Below are positions 39,643-52,622 of a DNA stretch of 64,000 nt, piece after piece. The first letter of the stretch is position 1. Every line of letters begins with the position of its first letter. The DNA comes from Terriglobia bacterium (GTDB lineage: Bacteria; Acidobacteriota; Polarisedimenticolia; Polarisedimenticolales; JAIQFR01). Made by a program: the position numbers and the translations under genes. A model generated the notes under the pieces. The model saw nothing but the letters and a program-made list of their open reading frames with translations, was not told the origin of the DNA and did no database searches. The stretch covers positions 288,001-352,000 of the forward strand of contig CAVVHE010000009.1 in the NCBI GenBank assembly GCA_963748015.1. The letters are read 5' to 3'.

Positions 39643-41258
39643 AGCGCGCGGCGTGGGTCCTGATGGCGCTCGCCGCCGCCGCACCGTCTTCGTACGCGAA
39701 GAAGGCGCCTCCTCCCGCGCCCGCGCCTCCGCCCGGGGAAGGCGTTCGCGTGGAGCGCCTCGAGGGAGGGACCCGGCTGGAAGCGGTGCTTCCGGGCTGG
39801 CTGCGGGGCTACGCCTTGCCGCTCCGCGCGGACGGGACGCGCGACGTCGTGCTCCTCGTGGGAGCGGTGTGGCCGACTTCCTCGAGGAAACAGGACGAGA
39901 AGCAGCAGGCGGAGGCGCCGCCCTGCGACGGCGCCGACCCCTTCGAGGCGGCCCGCGCCGCTCCGACCAATCTGCTACGACTGGATCCCACCGGGAGCAA
40001 TCCGCTCGAGGTCCTTCGAGACGACCTCCCGGCGGACTCGTGGCGCCTCGACGCCTTCGACGTCGACGGCGACGGGGCCGAGGAGCTGCTGCTCTTCGCG
40101 AACGGCGAGATTCGCGTGTTCCGGGACGCCGACGGGAAGCGCTTCGCGAAAGGGCCCGAGCCCCTCGTCTCCGACTCCGCCCTCGGCCACGGCGCGCGCG
40201 AGCCGAGGATCGTCCGCTCCCCCTCCGCCGCCGGGGCCCTCCTGTCGGTCGCGACCGCGGACGGCCTCCACGCGTACGGCCGTCTCCCGGACGGCCGGTT
40301 CGGCCTCGTGTCGAGCACGCCCCTGCCGCTCTCGACGTGGCTCGAGTACGGCAGCCTCCGGGTCCAGACGGCGGTCGTGACGGAGCTGGGCGGGGCCCGG
40401 GGCGGCTCTCCGCTGCACGCGGCGAGCGGCGACGGGAGCGACGAGGTCCGCGCGGACCGGCTCCGGTCGTTCCTCATCGAGCCTTCAGCGCCGCCGGGGA
40501 GCCGCTCGGTCGAGTGCTGGTCGAAGCTCCCGGCGAGGGAGCGGCTCCACGACCGCGCCTACAGCCTGCTCGACGGACGGCCCGCGATGATGGTGACGAC
40601 CACGCCCGCGGACAAGCTCAAGATCTTCGGCGAGAAGTCGCTTCGCCTCTTCCTGCTCGAGGAGGATCGGACGAAGGTCGGGAAGCCGCCGCTTCTCGCC
40701 GCGGACATCGGCGCGAGCCTCTGGCAGCCGGTCGAGCCCTCGCTCCTCGACGTCGACGGCGACGGCCGGACGGATCTCGTCGTCGCGTACTGGAAGGGTC
40801 TGAAGAAGGATGCCGTGGAGCTGGACGCGTTCCTGCGGAAGGAGGACGGGAGCTTTGACCCTTCGCCCAAAGCGACGACGATCGACGCGAAGGACGGCGA
40901 TCGGACGTTCCTCGAGTACGGCCGCGATCTCGACGGGAACGGGGTGGCGGATCTCCTGCTGATCGCGGGAGGGAAGATCCACTTGTTTCCCGGCGCGAGG
41001 AAGGCACCCGCGGGGAAGGACATCGTCGCCTCGACGCCGCGCTACGTCTTCCCGATGCCTTCGTTCGCGGCGTCGAGCGGGACGGTGGTCGCGAGCCTCG
41101 GATCGGGCGGCGTGTCGGCGTGGACGGAGCGCGATCGGGCCGGGATCCCGCGCCCCGTCGACCTCGACGGCGACGGGCGGCTCGAGATCCTCGTCGCGGC
41201 CTTCCTCGAGGACGGGAGGAGCGCGTTCGTGATCTTCCGGCTCGCCTCCCCGGACTAG
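39639..41258 (+). CDS. FG-GAP/VCBS-repeat secreted protein
   Basis: DVDGDG, DLDGNG and DLDGDG repeats; ATGA overlap; signal peptide. Confidence 0.8.
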   Translation: MKRAAWVLMALAAAAPSSYAKKAPPPAPAPPPGEGVRVERLEGGTRLEAVLPGWLRGYALPLRADGTRDVVLLVGAVWPTSSRKQDEKQQAEAPPCDGADPFEAARAAPTNLLRLDPTGSNPLEVLRDDLPADSWRLDAFDVDGDGAEELLLFANGEIRVFRDADGKRFAKGPEPLVSDSALGHGAREPRIVRSPSAAGALLSVATADGLHAYGRLPDGRFGLVSSTPLPLSTWLEYGSLRVQTAVVTELGGARGGSPLHAASGDGSDEVRADRLRSFLIEPSAPPGSRSVECWSKLPARERLHDRAYSLLDGRPAMMVTTTPADKLKIFGEKSLRLFLLEEDRTKVGKPPLLAADIGASLWQPVEPSLLDVDGDGRTDLVVAYWKGLKKDAVELDAFLRKEDGSFDPSPKATTIDAKDGDRTFLEYGRDLDGNGVADLLLIAGGKIHLFPGARKAPAGKDIVASTPRYVFPMPSFAASSGTVVASLGSGGVSAWTERDRAGIPRPVDLDGDGRLEILVAAFLEDGRSAFVIFRLASPD

Positions 41259-41391
41259 CGCGCCTTCTCCGCCAAGCCGGCAGCGGCGCGCCGACGACGG
41301 ATGAACCTGATATCTCGTCGAGCGACGAGAAGTCCCACTTGAAGGTTCCTTCCGCGCCGAACCCCGCCGGGGACGACGACGATGACACGCC

Positions 41392-42300
41392 TCAGCGGTT
41401 GGCGAAGACGCCGGCGACGCCCGCGAGGATGAGCGCGGTGCCCGCGAGCGTCCACGCGGTGACCGGCTCGTGGAGCAGGAACCAGCCCAGCAGCACCGCC
41501 ACCACGGGATTCACGTAGGCGTAGGTGGTCACGATGCGGGTTGGGAGGGCGCGCAGGGCCTTCAGGAAGGAGGTGAAGGCCAGGACCGAGCCGAAGAGCG
41601 CGAGATACCCCCACGCGAGCCAGGCCTCCTTCGCCGCGAAGGGCGGCGGGGGCCTCTCGCCCAGGATCCTTGCCGTGACGGCGAAACCGGCCCCCCCGAG
41701 CAGCTGCTGGAAGCCGGATGTGACCCTGGGCGACAGGGTCAAGGGACGGCGGTGATAGAGAATCGTCCCCGCTCCCCAGGAGAGCGGCGCGACGACGAGA
41801 GCCGCCACCGCCCAGGTGTCCGCGCGGGAACCCGCGCGAAGCACGGGAACGGTGAGAGTCGCCAGGCCGGCGAAGCCGATGAGGAGCGACCCCGCGAAGC
41901 GCGCCGAGGGCGCCCGGCGGTCGAGCAGGGCCTCGATGGCCGCGACCCACAGGGGCGTCGTGCCGATGAGCAGCGCGGTGTAGCCCGAGTCGAGCCGCGT
42001 TTCCGCCCAGTTCACCAGGCCGTTTCCGCCGACCCACATGAGCAGGCCGGTGGCCAGGAGGATGGCCGCTTCCCGCCGCGTCGGGAGAAGCCTCTCGCTC
42101 CGCGCAGCGGCCCAGAGGAGGAGAATGATTCCGCCGACCGCGACGCGGAGGGCGCCCAGCGTGAAGGGGGCGAAGCCTGCGTCGCCGCGCACGGCCACCC
42201 GTATCGCCAGGTAAGTGCTCCCCCAGACGAGGTAGATGACCCCGAGGTGGGCGAGCCCGGCGACGGGAAGGTCCCGCGAGGCCAGGCGGACGGTGCGCAC
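41392..42300 (-). CDS. EamA/DMT-family transporter (YedA-like)
   Basis: IYLVWGSTYLAIR, GGNGLV, TYAYVNPVVAVLLGW; about 10 TM helices. Confidence 0.9.
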   Translation of the reverse strand: MRTVRLASRDLPVAGLAHLGVIYLVWGSTYLAIRVAVRGDAGFAPFTLGALRVAVGGIILLLWAAARSERLLPTRREAAILLATGLLMWVGGNGLVNWAETRLDSGYTALLIGTTPLWVAAIEALLDRRAPSARFAGSLLIGFAGLATLTVPVLRAGSRADTWAVAALVVAPLSWGAGTILYHRRPLTLSPRVTSGFQQLLGGAGFAVTARILGERPPPPFAAKEAWLAWGYLALFGSVLAFTSFLKALRALPTRIVTTYAYVNPVVAVLLGWFLLHEPVTAWTLAGTALILAGVAGVFANR

Positions 42301-42507
42301 GAGGACGCACTGTGGCGGCGGCGGGCCGCGCTGTCAAGCGCGCCCGTCGCGACTTGACAGGCGAGCCGAATCGCCGTACTCGTATCGTCAGTTCGGTGCC
42401 GTTTTCAGCCGGGGGAACCGGGACGGTCGCGCTGTCGAGCGCGGCGCACTGCGAAGCGATCGAAGACCGCCCCGATCCCGCGTCTCGAACGGAAAGGCGG
42501 TGCCGCC

Positions 42508-45500
42508 GTGAAGATCCCGCGTCGAATCGCAGCCCTCGGGGTTCTCGTCGTCGCGATCCTGCCGGTGGGATGGTCGGCGGCGGCGGAGACGGTCACGTAC
42601 CCGTTCTTCGGCGTCAGGCACATCGCCCGGACGGAAGCGATCCCCCGGCCCCTGCGAATGCACATCATCGAGCTCGACCTGACCGCCCCCGAGCTTCGTT
42701 TCCTCGTCACGCCCCAGAGCGGGCCCCGGGACACGAGCATCCAGACGACCCGCCAGTTCCTCACCCAGCAGGGAGGGCAGATAGCGATCAACTCTCACTT
42801 CTTCACGCCGTTCCCGGACGACGGCACCGGCTACACCTGGCTGATCGGGCTGGGCGCGTCTTCCGCGACGACGGTCCGCACGGTCACGCCTACGCGCCGT
42901 TCGACAGGAACCAGGGCTATCCCTACCAGATCGATCTTCCGGCGCTCAACGTCGGCCCCGACAACACGGCCGCCGTGGTCTATCAGGCCGCCGGCGACGT
43001 GACAGGGTACGTGACCGACCCGCCGACCGTGTTCTACAACGCCGTCTGCGGCAACGAGCAGATTCTCGCCCACGGCGCGAACACGGCGGGAACGACAGCC
43101 TGGGACAACACCCTCAATCCCCGGACCGCGATCGGCGTCGCGCCGGGCAACAAGCTCATCCTCTTCACCGTGGACGGACGGCAGGCCGGGGTCAGCGAGG
43201 GCATGACGACGGGCGAGGTCGCCGCCCTGCTGGTCTCCGACTACGGCTCACGGACGCGATCAACCTGGACGGCGGCGGGTCCACCACGCTCGTCATGGCC
43301 GATCCCACCCCGCGCATCGTCAACGTGCCGGTCGGGTCGGCAACGTTCCCGGCACCGAGCGCTCCGTGGGCAGCAACCTGGGCGTCTTCGCGCGCGCCTG
43401 CTCGACCGAGACGGAGGGGGCTTCCTGCGGCGACGACGGAGACCCGTGCAACGGCGAGCTGTGCGCCGGTCCGGTGCCTGCGTCAACGACGCCGGCGTCA
43501 CCGTCGTCGAGCTGGCCCCTCTCGGAGGAGGCACGGCTCCAGGCTCTACCGGGCGAGGGACATCGCGGATAACGACTACGCGCCCCGCTTCTACACCAAG
43601 CCCGGCGACCCGGACTACACGGCGTCCGACTACGGCGGCGCGAGGATCAAGGTGAGCTTCGAGCGGAGCGGCAGCTTCCTCGAGGGTTTCCTCGACGCGA
43701 GCGGACTGAAGCCGAACTTCGCCTACCAGATCAAGCTCGTGGGCATGCCGCTCGCGGAGTTCGGGGCGGCCGGCGACGACCTGTCGAACGAGCGGATCGG
43801 CTACGCCGGGCGCTGGTACAGGGTCGGGGTCGGGAACGCCACGGACGCCCAGTACCAGGCCTGCAGGGCCGATCCTCTTTGCAGGGACGTCTACGAGGGG
43901 TACCTGGTTTTCGACTTCTTCGTCGCGGACACGCTCGGGAAGGCGGCCCATCGCTTCGTGGCCGACGACAGCTTCCACGTACTCTGGCGAGATTGCCCGC
44001 CCGGACACACGATGACCGGCTGCCAGGCGCCCGGCGGAAGGCCGACCGTCTACCGGGACGTGGTCGCGCTGGCGTCCACCGGCTACGGCTACGACCTGGA
44101 CCACGCGACGTGGAACATCGGCGTCTTCGGCGAGGTCGAGCGGACGGCACCGCAGTCCCATCTGCCGGACGGCGAGTACCGGAGCCGCCTCGTCCTCACC
44201 GAAGAGAGCTTCCACGAGAGCGGGATCGGCGGAAACTGGGCCTCCGCGGTCGGCGAATCCGGCATCCATTTCTGGATCAACCAAGCCGCGGGGCCGCGGG
44301 ACTGCGGCGACTGGAACGTGTGCAACGGTTACGAGTCCTGCGACGGGAACGGGACCTGCCAGGCGGGCATCGGAGGGGTCTGCGACGACCAGAACGTCTG
44401 CACGGACGACGCGTGTGGCGCGAAGTCGGGCTGTTCCCACGCGAACAACGCGCCCTCGCAGTGATGGCGACAACTGCACCGCGAATGACGCTTGCACCGC
44501 CGGAGTGTGCGCCCCCGGGGCGGCCTCGTGCACGGTCGGCGGGGCGGTTCTCTACTACCGGGACGGCTCGGGCGCCGAGCCGAGCGCAAAGCCGGTCCCC
44601 GACGTGGGGATCGACGACACGGGCGACCTGACCGCGGATGCGACGACCGCCGGCGCCGGCACGTACTCGCTCGGCGCGCTGGACGGCAACGTCACGGTGC
44701 GGACGTTGCCCAAGTTCGGCAGCCCGCGGGCCTCGGACCACAACGGTGCGGTGACCTCGTACGACGCGGCGCTGATCGCGAGAAGCGCGGTCGGCTTGAT
44801 CGAGTTCACGGCCGGCCAGCGCGTGGCCGGCGACGTGACCGGCAACGGGGCGGTCACCTCGTACGACGCGGCGTACGTCTCCCAGTTCGCCGTCGAGCTC
44901 GTCGACCACTTCCCGGCGGCCACGTCCGACGGCTCGGACTGGAGATTCCTGCGCTGCGACGGTTACCCGTCCTGCGGGGAGGCGACCTACGCGCATACGC
45001 CTCTCGACGGACCGGCAACCGACGACTTCCACGCGATTCTGTACGGCGACGTCTCCGGCAACTGGGTCGGGAATCCGTTTCTGGAGCGACACCGCCGCCG
45101 TCCGTGGTCCCGAGCAGGAGGCGGCAGCCCGCGACAGGACCTGGGCGAAGACGCAGAGAGAAGTCTTGCCGCCACCCCGGCGCCCGGGCGCCGCGCGCCT
45201 CTCGCTGAGCGGCTGGCCCGCGTCGGCTCGACCCGGCCAGCGATATCGGGTGACGATATCGATCGAGAATGCCGATGGAATCCTGGGACTCGACCTCGAG
45301 CTGGTTTACGACCGCGCCGAGCTCTCCGTCCTCGGCGTCGAACCGGTCGGTCTCGCGGCGGGGCGCGGCTTCTCCGGCAGCGACGCCGGCGGCCGGCTCA
45401 GGGCGGCTCTCTACGGGACCGCACCGCTCAGGGGTTCGGGCCGACTTCTGGGAGGTGACGGTCGAGGCGCGCACGAGGACGGGTCCTCGTCCTTTCGAGA

Positions 45501-45612
45501 TCCGGGCGCAAGCCAACGAGGGTGCGATCCCCCTGCGCGTCCGCGGTGCGGGTCCCGCCAGTTGGCCCGTTCGCGGCCACGCGCGCCGCAGCCGGCTCCC
45601 GGGAAGGAATGA
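42508..45612 (+). CDS. Large secreted mosaic protein (phosphodiester glycosidase/NAGPA + Cys-rich repeats + dockerin + cohesin); several frameshifts, end uncertain
   Basis: AINSHFF, PRTAIG...VDGRQ, NLDGGGSTTL (split across frames); CDDQNVCTDDAC repeats; GDVTGNGAVTSYDAA dockerin pair; cohesin-like GLDLELVYD. Confidence 0.65.
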
Positions 45613-45661
45613 ACCTCTCGCGCGGGCCCGACGTCCCGCGCGAACGTGCACCGTGGCGGAA

Positions 45662-45695
45662 GCGGCGGGCCGCGCGGTCGAGCGCGGCCCGCCGC
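45662..45695. terminator. Perfect 14-bp GC stem-loop between convergent genes
   Basis: gcggcgggccgcgc-ggtcga-gcgcggcccgccgc; no U-tract. Confidence 0.6.
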
Positions 45696-45706
45696 GAGAG
45701 CAGCGG

Positions 45707-48700
45707 TCAGGGGCAGCGGCTCGATGCCGCGTTGATCTCGTTGTCGCGGCGCCCCGTCTGGGTCCCGTCGTCGTACGTCTCGTCCGCCGCGCAGTTCGCC
45801 GGGCGCACGAGGTACCAGTAGGCATAACCGGGACGGCACGGTGCCTACGTCGTTGACGCTCGTCGCCGTCGTGTGGCTCGCGATGCAGAAGCTCGTCGCC
45901 TGGGTGAGAAGTCCCCGCCGCTCCCCACGAGGGTCGCCACGTCCCCCCCGACGACGGCGTACCACTGCGCGCCGGTGGCGGCGGTCCACGAGAGGCTCGC
46001 GGTCGTCGCGTCCGCCTTCGTCACCGACAGGCTCGGCATGCTGCTCGGCGCCGTAGCCGTGCAGAGCGTGCGGAACATCGTCTCGTTGTACGAGTTCGCG
46101 GGCCCCGTGAGCCAGGGACCGTGCTTCAGGAGCGGGGTGGTCGAACAGTAAACGCGCGCGCCCGCCAGTGGAGGGGGCGCCCCGGGCGAGGCTCCCGGGG
46201 GGACGCTCGTCGACACCAATGCCGGCGAGCCCCGCGTCGTACCAGGTCGAGCTGCGGCTCACCGGAGCGCTGAACGGTATCCGGAAAACGCGGGTCTCCC
46301 GCTCGATCTTCACCTTGCTCCGCCCCAGCGGGTTCCTGAACGTCAGCGCCATCCTGTAGCCGTTCGCGACGTCGGAGACGCCGAGCGGCGCGATCGTGCG
46401 GCGTCGCTCGTCAGCCTCTGCTGCGGCCGGGTGTCCCGGCGCAGCAATCCGCCGTAGAAGAGGAAGACGTGACCGCTGTCCGAGGCCGGCCCGGGGTGGT
46501 GATACTCGCCGACGAGGAGGTCCGGCACGCCGTCGCCATTCACGTCGCCGCCGCCCGCCGCCGCCGCGCCGAAGTAGGAGTCGCTGGGTGCCCGAGAAGA
46601 CGAGCGCAGCCGCCGCTGCTGGGATAGACGTACATCCCGCCCTTCCGGGACACCGCGTCGTAGTAGCCGGGGGCGCCGGTGAACGCCTCCGACCTGCCGT
46701 CGCCGTCGAGATCGCCGGCGCTGCCGACCGCCGCGCCGAAATGCGCGTAGCTCTGCCCGGCGCCCTTGTCGTCGTTCGGGTCCGTCGGAGACCCGCGCTC
46801 CAGCCGTAGAACAGGTAGGCGTGGCCGTCCTCGACGTTGTCGTACGAGAGGTACGGCGCGCCGACGATGATGTCGGAATAGCCGTCGCCGTTGACGTCCC
46901 CGGCCGTGCCGACCGCCGCGCCGAGCTGCGCGAAGGCGCCGCCCATGAAGAAGCGGAAGAACCAGTTCGAGGAAGCCGTCAGGCCCGAGCGCGACCCGTA
47001 CCAGAGATCGACCCGCCCGGCGTTCAGGTAGGGGCGCCCGATGCCGGAGATGTCGTACTGCGGAGAGCCGACCACGATGTCGAAATGCCGTCGCCGTTCA
47101 CGTCCCGGCCGAAGCCACCGCCGCGCCGAAGCGGGACCGCTCTGGGTGCGGTTCAGCGTCCAGGTCGGCGTCGTGGACGGCCCCGAAGCGGACCCGGTGT
47201 AGACGACCGCCGCCCCGTTGCCCGCGGCCGGAACACCGACGAGGACGTCGGCGTACCCGTCGCCGTTGACGTCGCCGGAGTTCGCGACGGCCGTGCCGAG
47301 CTGGGCGCCCGAGCTCCCGTACACCGTCCAGCTCGCGAACGCCGGCAATCCCGACGCGGAGCCGTTGTAGATCTGCGCCATCCCGTTGTCCGTTTGGACG
47401 GGCAGCACGTGATGGGGGGCGCCGACGACGAGATCGACGTAGCCGTCGCCGTTCACGTCGCCGCCCATCGCGATCGCCGCCCCGAACTGCTCCGCGGCCT
47501 GCGTCCCATACGCGGCCCAAGATGCCGTGGCGGACGGCGTGACGGCGCTCCCGTGCCAGACGAACACCGCTCCCACGTCGGCGGATCCCAAGTCGTAGTC
47601 CGGGGCACCGGCCGCGACGTCGGCGAACCCGTCGCCGTTGACGTCGCCCATCGCGGCCGAGTAACCGAGGTGCATGCCCACCTGGCTGACCCCGGTGTCC
47701 CATGCCGCGGCGGACTTCATGCCCTCTCGCGAGCCGAGGTAGACGAACACTTGGCCCCTGTCGCTGCTGTGCCCGTAGGCGCCAACGATGACGTCCGAGT
47801 AGCCGTCGCCGTTGACGTCGCCCGCCGTGGCGACCGCCGCGCCGAACTTCGAGCCGGCCTCGCCCGACTGGACCGTCCAGTACGTCCAGGATTGCAGGCC
47901 ACTCCCCGTCCCGGCGTACGCCACGACCCCCCCGCCGCCGGTCACGGTCGTGTTCCAGCCGGGCACGCCGATGAGAATGTCGGCCAATCCGTCGCCGTTG
48001 GTGTCGCCCGCCGTCGCCACCGAGTAGCCGAAGTTGCTGTTCGCGTGAGGACCGTACGCCGACCACACGGGCGTCCGGCCCGCGACGCTCGACGCGCCGT
48101 GATAGACGAACGCCCCGCCGGCGTAGTTGATGTACAACGACGGGTTGTAGGCCGACCGCGCGCCGACGATCCAGTCCGCGTAGCCGTCGCCGTTCACGTC
48201 GCCCGCCATCGCGACGGAGGTGCCGTAGCTGTAATTGAGCGTCGTGCCCGTGTCGCTGCCGTTCGACTGCCACGACGGAGAAGCGGCCAGGCCGGTCGCG
48301 CTGCCGAGGAAGATCATGGCGCGCCCGCCCGTATCGGAGCAGGAGTGGATTCCCGCCGCCTCGCCGACCAGGACGTCGCCGTATCCGTCCCCGTTCACGT
48401 CGCCGCCTCCGGCGACGGCGTACCCGAGCTCGCAGTAGCCGCTGCCGTAGCGAGTCGTCGGCGAACCGAGCCCCGAAGCCGAGCCGTAGTAGACGACCGC
48501 CGCGCCGACGTCCCCGGCGTTCCCGGGGGCCCCGACGACGATGTCCGCGTAGCCGTCGCCGTTGACGTCTCCGGCCGGCGAGACCGACCACCCGAAGTGC
48601 TGGTAACCCTCGGTGTCGCTGTTGCGCAGGTAGACCGGCGAGCGGCTCGTGTCGATGCCGCTCGCGCCCCCGTAGTAGACCGCAACCTCTCCGACCTCGA

Positions 48701-49778
48701 CCGCGGAGGCCGTCCACTCGTCCGCGTAGGGGAGCCCGACGACGATGTCGTCGTAGCCGTCGTTATCGACGTCCCCCGCGGTGGCAACGGAGTAGCCGGC
48801 CCGCGCGTGGAGCTGGGCGCCACCCCACCAGTCGGTCGGGAAATTCGCCGCGGCGGAGCCGAAGTACACGTGCGCGTCGCCGTCCAGGTTCCCGTTCGAG
48901 GCGTGCGTCTCATGCGGGGCGCCGAAGACGATGTCGGCGTAGCCGTCGTTGTTCACGTCCCCCGCGGTGCCGACCGAGAATCCCGCCCGTGCGGCGTAGT
49001 AAGTGTTCGTTGTCCCCTCGACGCTCCACGCGGCGGACGTCGCGAGGGAGTCGATCGTGACCGGGTACACCGCGCCGCCGTCGTCGAACGTGATCCGGAC
49101 GCCGGACAGACCGGCCTCCGAGAACGGCGACATCCACGCGCTCAGAACCCGGCCGAGGTCGTCCTTCACGACGAGGGAGCCGTAGTGGATCACCGGCAGC
49201 CCGTCGGGGGCCAGGAAGTCGATCGCCTGCCCGTCCTCGCTGTAGCGCGGCCGCAGCGTTCCGCCGAGCACGAGGTCGACGTGCGCGGCGCCGCCGGCGC
49301 GGGAAGCGGACGAGTGAGAGGGGGAGGAATCCAGGGTGAACCCCTGCTCGAGCCCCCGGTCGTCGTTCACGTACCACTCGCGGATCGCCCCGCGATCGAA
49401 CTCGACCCGGTTGCCGCTCACGGTCGGACGCGCCTCGGGAGCCGCCTCGCCGTCGGCCGGCGGGTCACCGGCCAGCAGGGTCAGCGACCACTCCCAGTCG
49501 ACCGTCGTCTCGACCCTGGGCACGACCCGGATGCCCCGGGGAGCGAAGTACGTCCTGAATCCCTGGGCCCGGTTCGGCGCCTGCCACGCGGCGTCGAGAT
49601 CGGCGAACGGCGTGACCGCCTTCCACGTGATCTGGTACTCCGACGCCTCGATCTGGCGCTGCGCCTTGGCCCACCAGTCCCCCTGGATCGTCGCGGAAGT
49701 CCCTTCCGCCGCCCAGCCGGCGGGGAGCGCGATCGTGAGAAGGAGCAGCGTCACCGTAATCGACAGAACGTTCTTCAT
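45707..49778 (-). CDS. Large secreted integrin-alpha/FG-GAP repeat protein (frameshifts in the 3' third)
   Basis: More than 10 AGDVNGDGYxD..VGA repeats; N-terminal EWYVND..GLEQGF domain; C-terminal YWYLVR...RD..I..CP module. Confidence 0.8.
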
Positions 49779-50418
49779 GGCTTCCCCCGGCGGATCCGCG
49801 ATATGCGGCGAGCGGGCGCAGCCGGGGGGGCAGGGCGGGCGCAGCACGAGGCCGAGACCTAGATCCGCAAGAGGGCCCTCGCGGGCCCGACTTCTGCCTT
49901 TCAGTCTTCCCCGGACGTCTTCTCCTCTCGACGCGGCTGCATATGTACGATGACCTTCGGGAAAGTCAATTTGTTTGTGTCATGGACTCCCACCTTCTCA
50001 CTGTAGCGACATAGCAGACAAAAGTAGTCCATTGTTCTCGTTGTCATGCCGTGTGTGTCGCGAAAACGCTCGGCGCGCGGGCCGTCACGACTCCCGACGT
50101 CCGTTCGTTGGTTATTGTGTCGAGCGTGATCTCCAGGTACACGACATGGTCGACGACCCGAGATGAGTCTCTCCACCGGCGATGGCCTGGGCCCTCAGGA
50201 GATCCTCTTCGATCGCCATCGCGAGAACGCCGACGTCGTCCTGATCGGCCCGCAGCCCCGTCGGGATGATGCCGCGCGCGATCTTCGCGGGGGGCCGGGA
50301 CCGACATGGCCGTGAAGGCATCTCCGCGACCGGGGTTGGGTAAACGTCCCCGCTCGGTGGATAATGGAACGTGCGGGGGCGTCCAGGAACGGGCCAGATT
50401 CGCTTGGAGGACGGCGGC

Positions 50419-51665
50419 ATGGCGCAGGAGCAGGCGGGAGCCATCAAGAAGATCCGCGCGACCGGGCCGATGCGGGAGCTCATGGCCGCCTACTTCCAGG
50501 AGCTGGACGAGGCGTCCCGGACGGGCTCGGCCAAGGTCGCCTGGTGCACGAGCGTGGGGCCCGCCGAGCTGCTGCGCAGCTTCGGCTTCCGCGTCTACTT
50601 CCCCGAGAACCACGGCGCGCTGCTCGGCGCGTCCCGCGCCGCGTCGGACGTGATCCCCGCCGCCAACGCCATCGGCTACTCGCCCGACATCTGCTCGTAC
50701 CTGACCAGCGACGTCGGCTCCTTCCTTCGCGGCCAAACCCCGCTGACCAAGGCCTTCGGCATGGCCGGCGTGCCGAAGCCGGACGTCCTGGTCTACAACA
50801 CCAACCAGTGCCGCGACGTGCAGGACTGGTTCGCCTTCTACCAGCGGCACTGGGGCGTTCCGATGGCCGGGATCGACACCATGCGCGGCCTGGGAGAGAT
50901 CACGGCGGGACCACCGCGACTCGCTCGTGGCCCAGCACAAGGCCCTCATCCCCACCCTCGAGCGGGTTGCCGGGCAGAAGTTCGACATGGACCGGCTCAA
51001 GGAGGTCGTGGCCTCGTAGCTACCGCTGCACCCAGCGATGGAAGAAGGTGCTGCGCCTGGCCGAGCACGTCCCCTCGCCGATCACCTTCTTCGACGGGAC
51101 CATCCACATGGGCCCGGCGGTGGTGCTCCGGGGCGACGAGCGGGCGGTCCAGTACTACGACGTCCTCATCGCCGAGCTCGAGGAGCGAATCGCCCAGGGC
51201 GCCGGGGCGGTCGACGGCGAGGCCCACCGGTTCTACTGGGAGGGGATGCCGGTCTGGGGCAAGCTCCGCGAGCACGCCGAGACCTTCGCCGGCCACCGGG
51301 CCTGCGTCGTCGCCTCGACCTACTGCAACAGCTGGATCTTCGATGCGCTGGCCGAGGCGGATCCCTTCGAGGGCATGGCCGGCGCGTACTCGGAGCTGTT
51401 CATCGTTCGATCGGAGACCTTCAAGGAAGACTACCTGAGCGGCATGGCGCGCGACTACCGGATCGACGGCATCATCTATCACGACGCCAAGACGTGCCCC
51501 AACAACTCCAACAACCGGTACGGCATGCCGGAGAGGCTCGCGAAGAGGCTGGGCATCCCGTTCGTCGTGATCCAGGGCGACCTGAACGACCTGCGCCTGT
51601 ACTCCGAGGAGCAGACGCGGACCCAGTTCGAGGCGCTCGTCGAGCAGCTCGGCGAGCGAGCCTGA
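50419..51665 (+). CDS. 2-hydroxyacyl-CoA dehydratase / benzoyl-CoA reductase B-type Fe-S subunit (frameshifts ~50905-51020)
   Basis: [49 protein letters not shown]. Confidence 0.8.
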
Positions 51666-51688
51666 GGAGCCCCGGAGGCCACCGGCGA

Positions 51689-52549
51689 ATGGCGGATCGA
51701 CCCTCGAACCCGAACGGCGCGCAGGGCGTGTCGCGTCCGCTGTACTGCGGCGTGGACATAGGGGCCTCGGCCACCAAGCTCGTGCTCATCACGGCGAGTC
51801 GCCCGCCGCGGCCCCGGGCTCCGAGGTCGTCGCCCGCGCCGTCCTTCCCTCCGGCGTCGACTACGCGAACACGGCCCATCGCTGCCTGGCGGCCGCTCTC
51901 GAAGAAGCCGGGGCGGCTCCCGCCGACATCGTCTTCGCGCTGTCCACGGGGTACGGCCGCGACAACGTCGACTTCGCCCAGGGTTCCGCGACCGAGATCC
52001 ACTGCCACGGGATCGGCGGATTCCACTTCCATCCCGACGCGATGACCGTGGTGGACATCGGCGGCCAGGACAACAAGGTGATCCGCATCGACGGCCGTGG
52101 GACAGCGCGCCGACTTCCGCATGAACCGCAAGTGCGCCGCCGGCACCGGAGCCTTCATCGAGGAGATCGCGCTGCGGCTCGGCCTGCCGCTCGAGGAGCT
52201 GGACGTCCTGGCCGCGAGCACCGACCAGGCGGTGAAGCTCAGCAGCTTCTGCACCGTGTTCGCCAAGACCGAGATCCTCGCCCACCTGCGCGCGGGCGAG
52301 CCGGTGGCCCGGATCGTTCGCGGCGCCTTCCAGTCCGTCGTCGCGAGGGTCCTCGAGATGGAGCCCCTCGACGGCGACGTGGTCTTGACCGGCGGGGTGG
52401 TCGACCACAACCCGAGCATCGCCGCGATCCTGAGCGAGAGAATCGGCCGCGACGTCCTGGTTCCGCCGCACCCGCAGTTCGTCGGCGCCCTGGGGGCGGC
52501 GCTCCTCGCCCGGCGGCGAGCGGGGCTCCCGGAGGCTCGGACGACGTGA
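51689..52549 (+). CDS. ATP-dependent activase (BadF/BadG/BcrA/BcrD family), frameshifted
   Basis: GVDIGASATK, STGYGR, VDIGGQDNK, MNRKCAAGTG, SSFCTVFA, LTGGV, GALGAA. Confidence 0.85.
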
Positions 52550-52622
52550 CCGGACGGACCCGAGGAACGAGAACTGTCGCAAGGCTCGGTTCGCGCTGAC
52601 GCGCGCCGAGAGGGAGGACGCC

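Noticed and set aside
46821..49862. Long antisense ORFs (also 2493-4661, 4816-7044, 37150-39684, 57311-59884)
   Set aside because: Shadow frames of strongly GC3-biased genes with no recognisable motifs
49940..50370. AT-richer region as a small gene or RNA
   Set aside because: No convincing ORF or structure; probably the divergent promoter/operator region of the BCR-like operon, but I could not define a site
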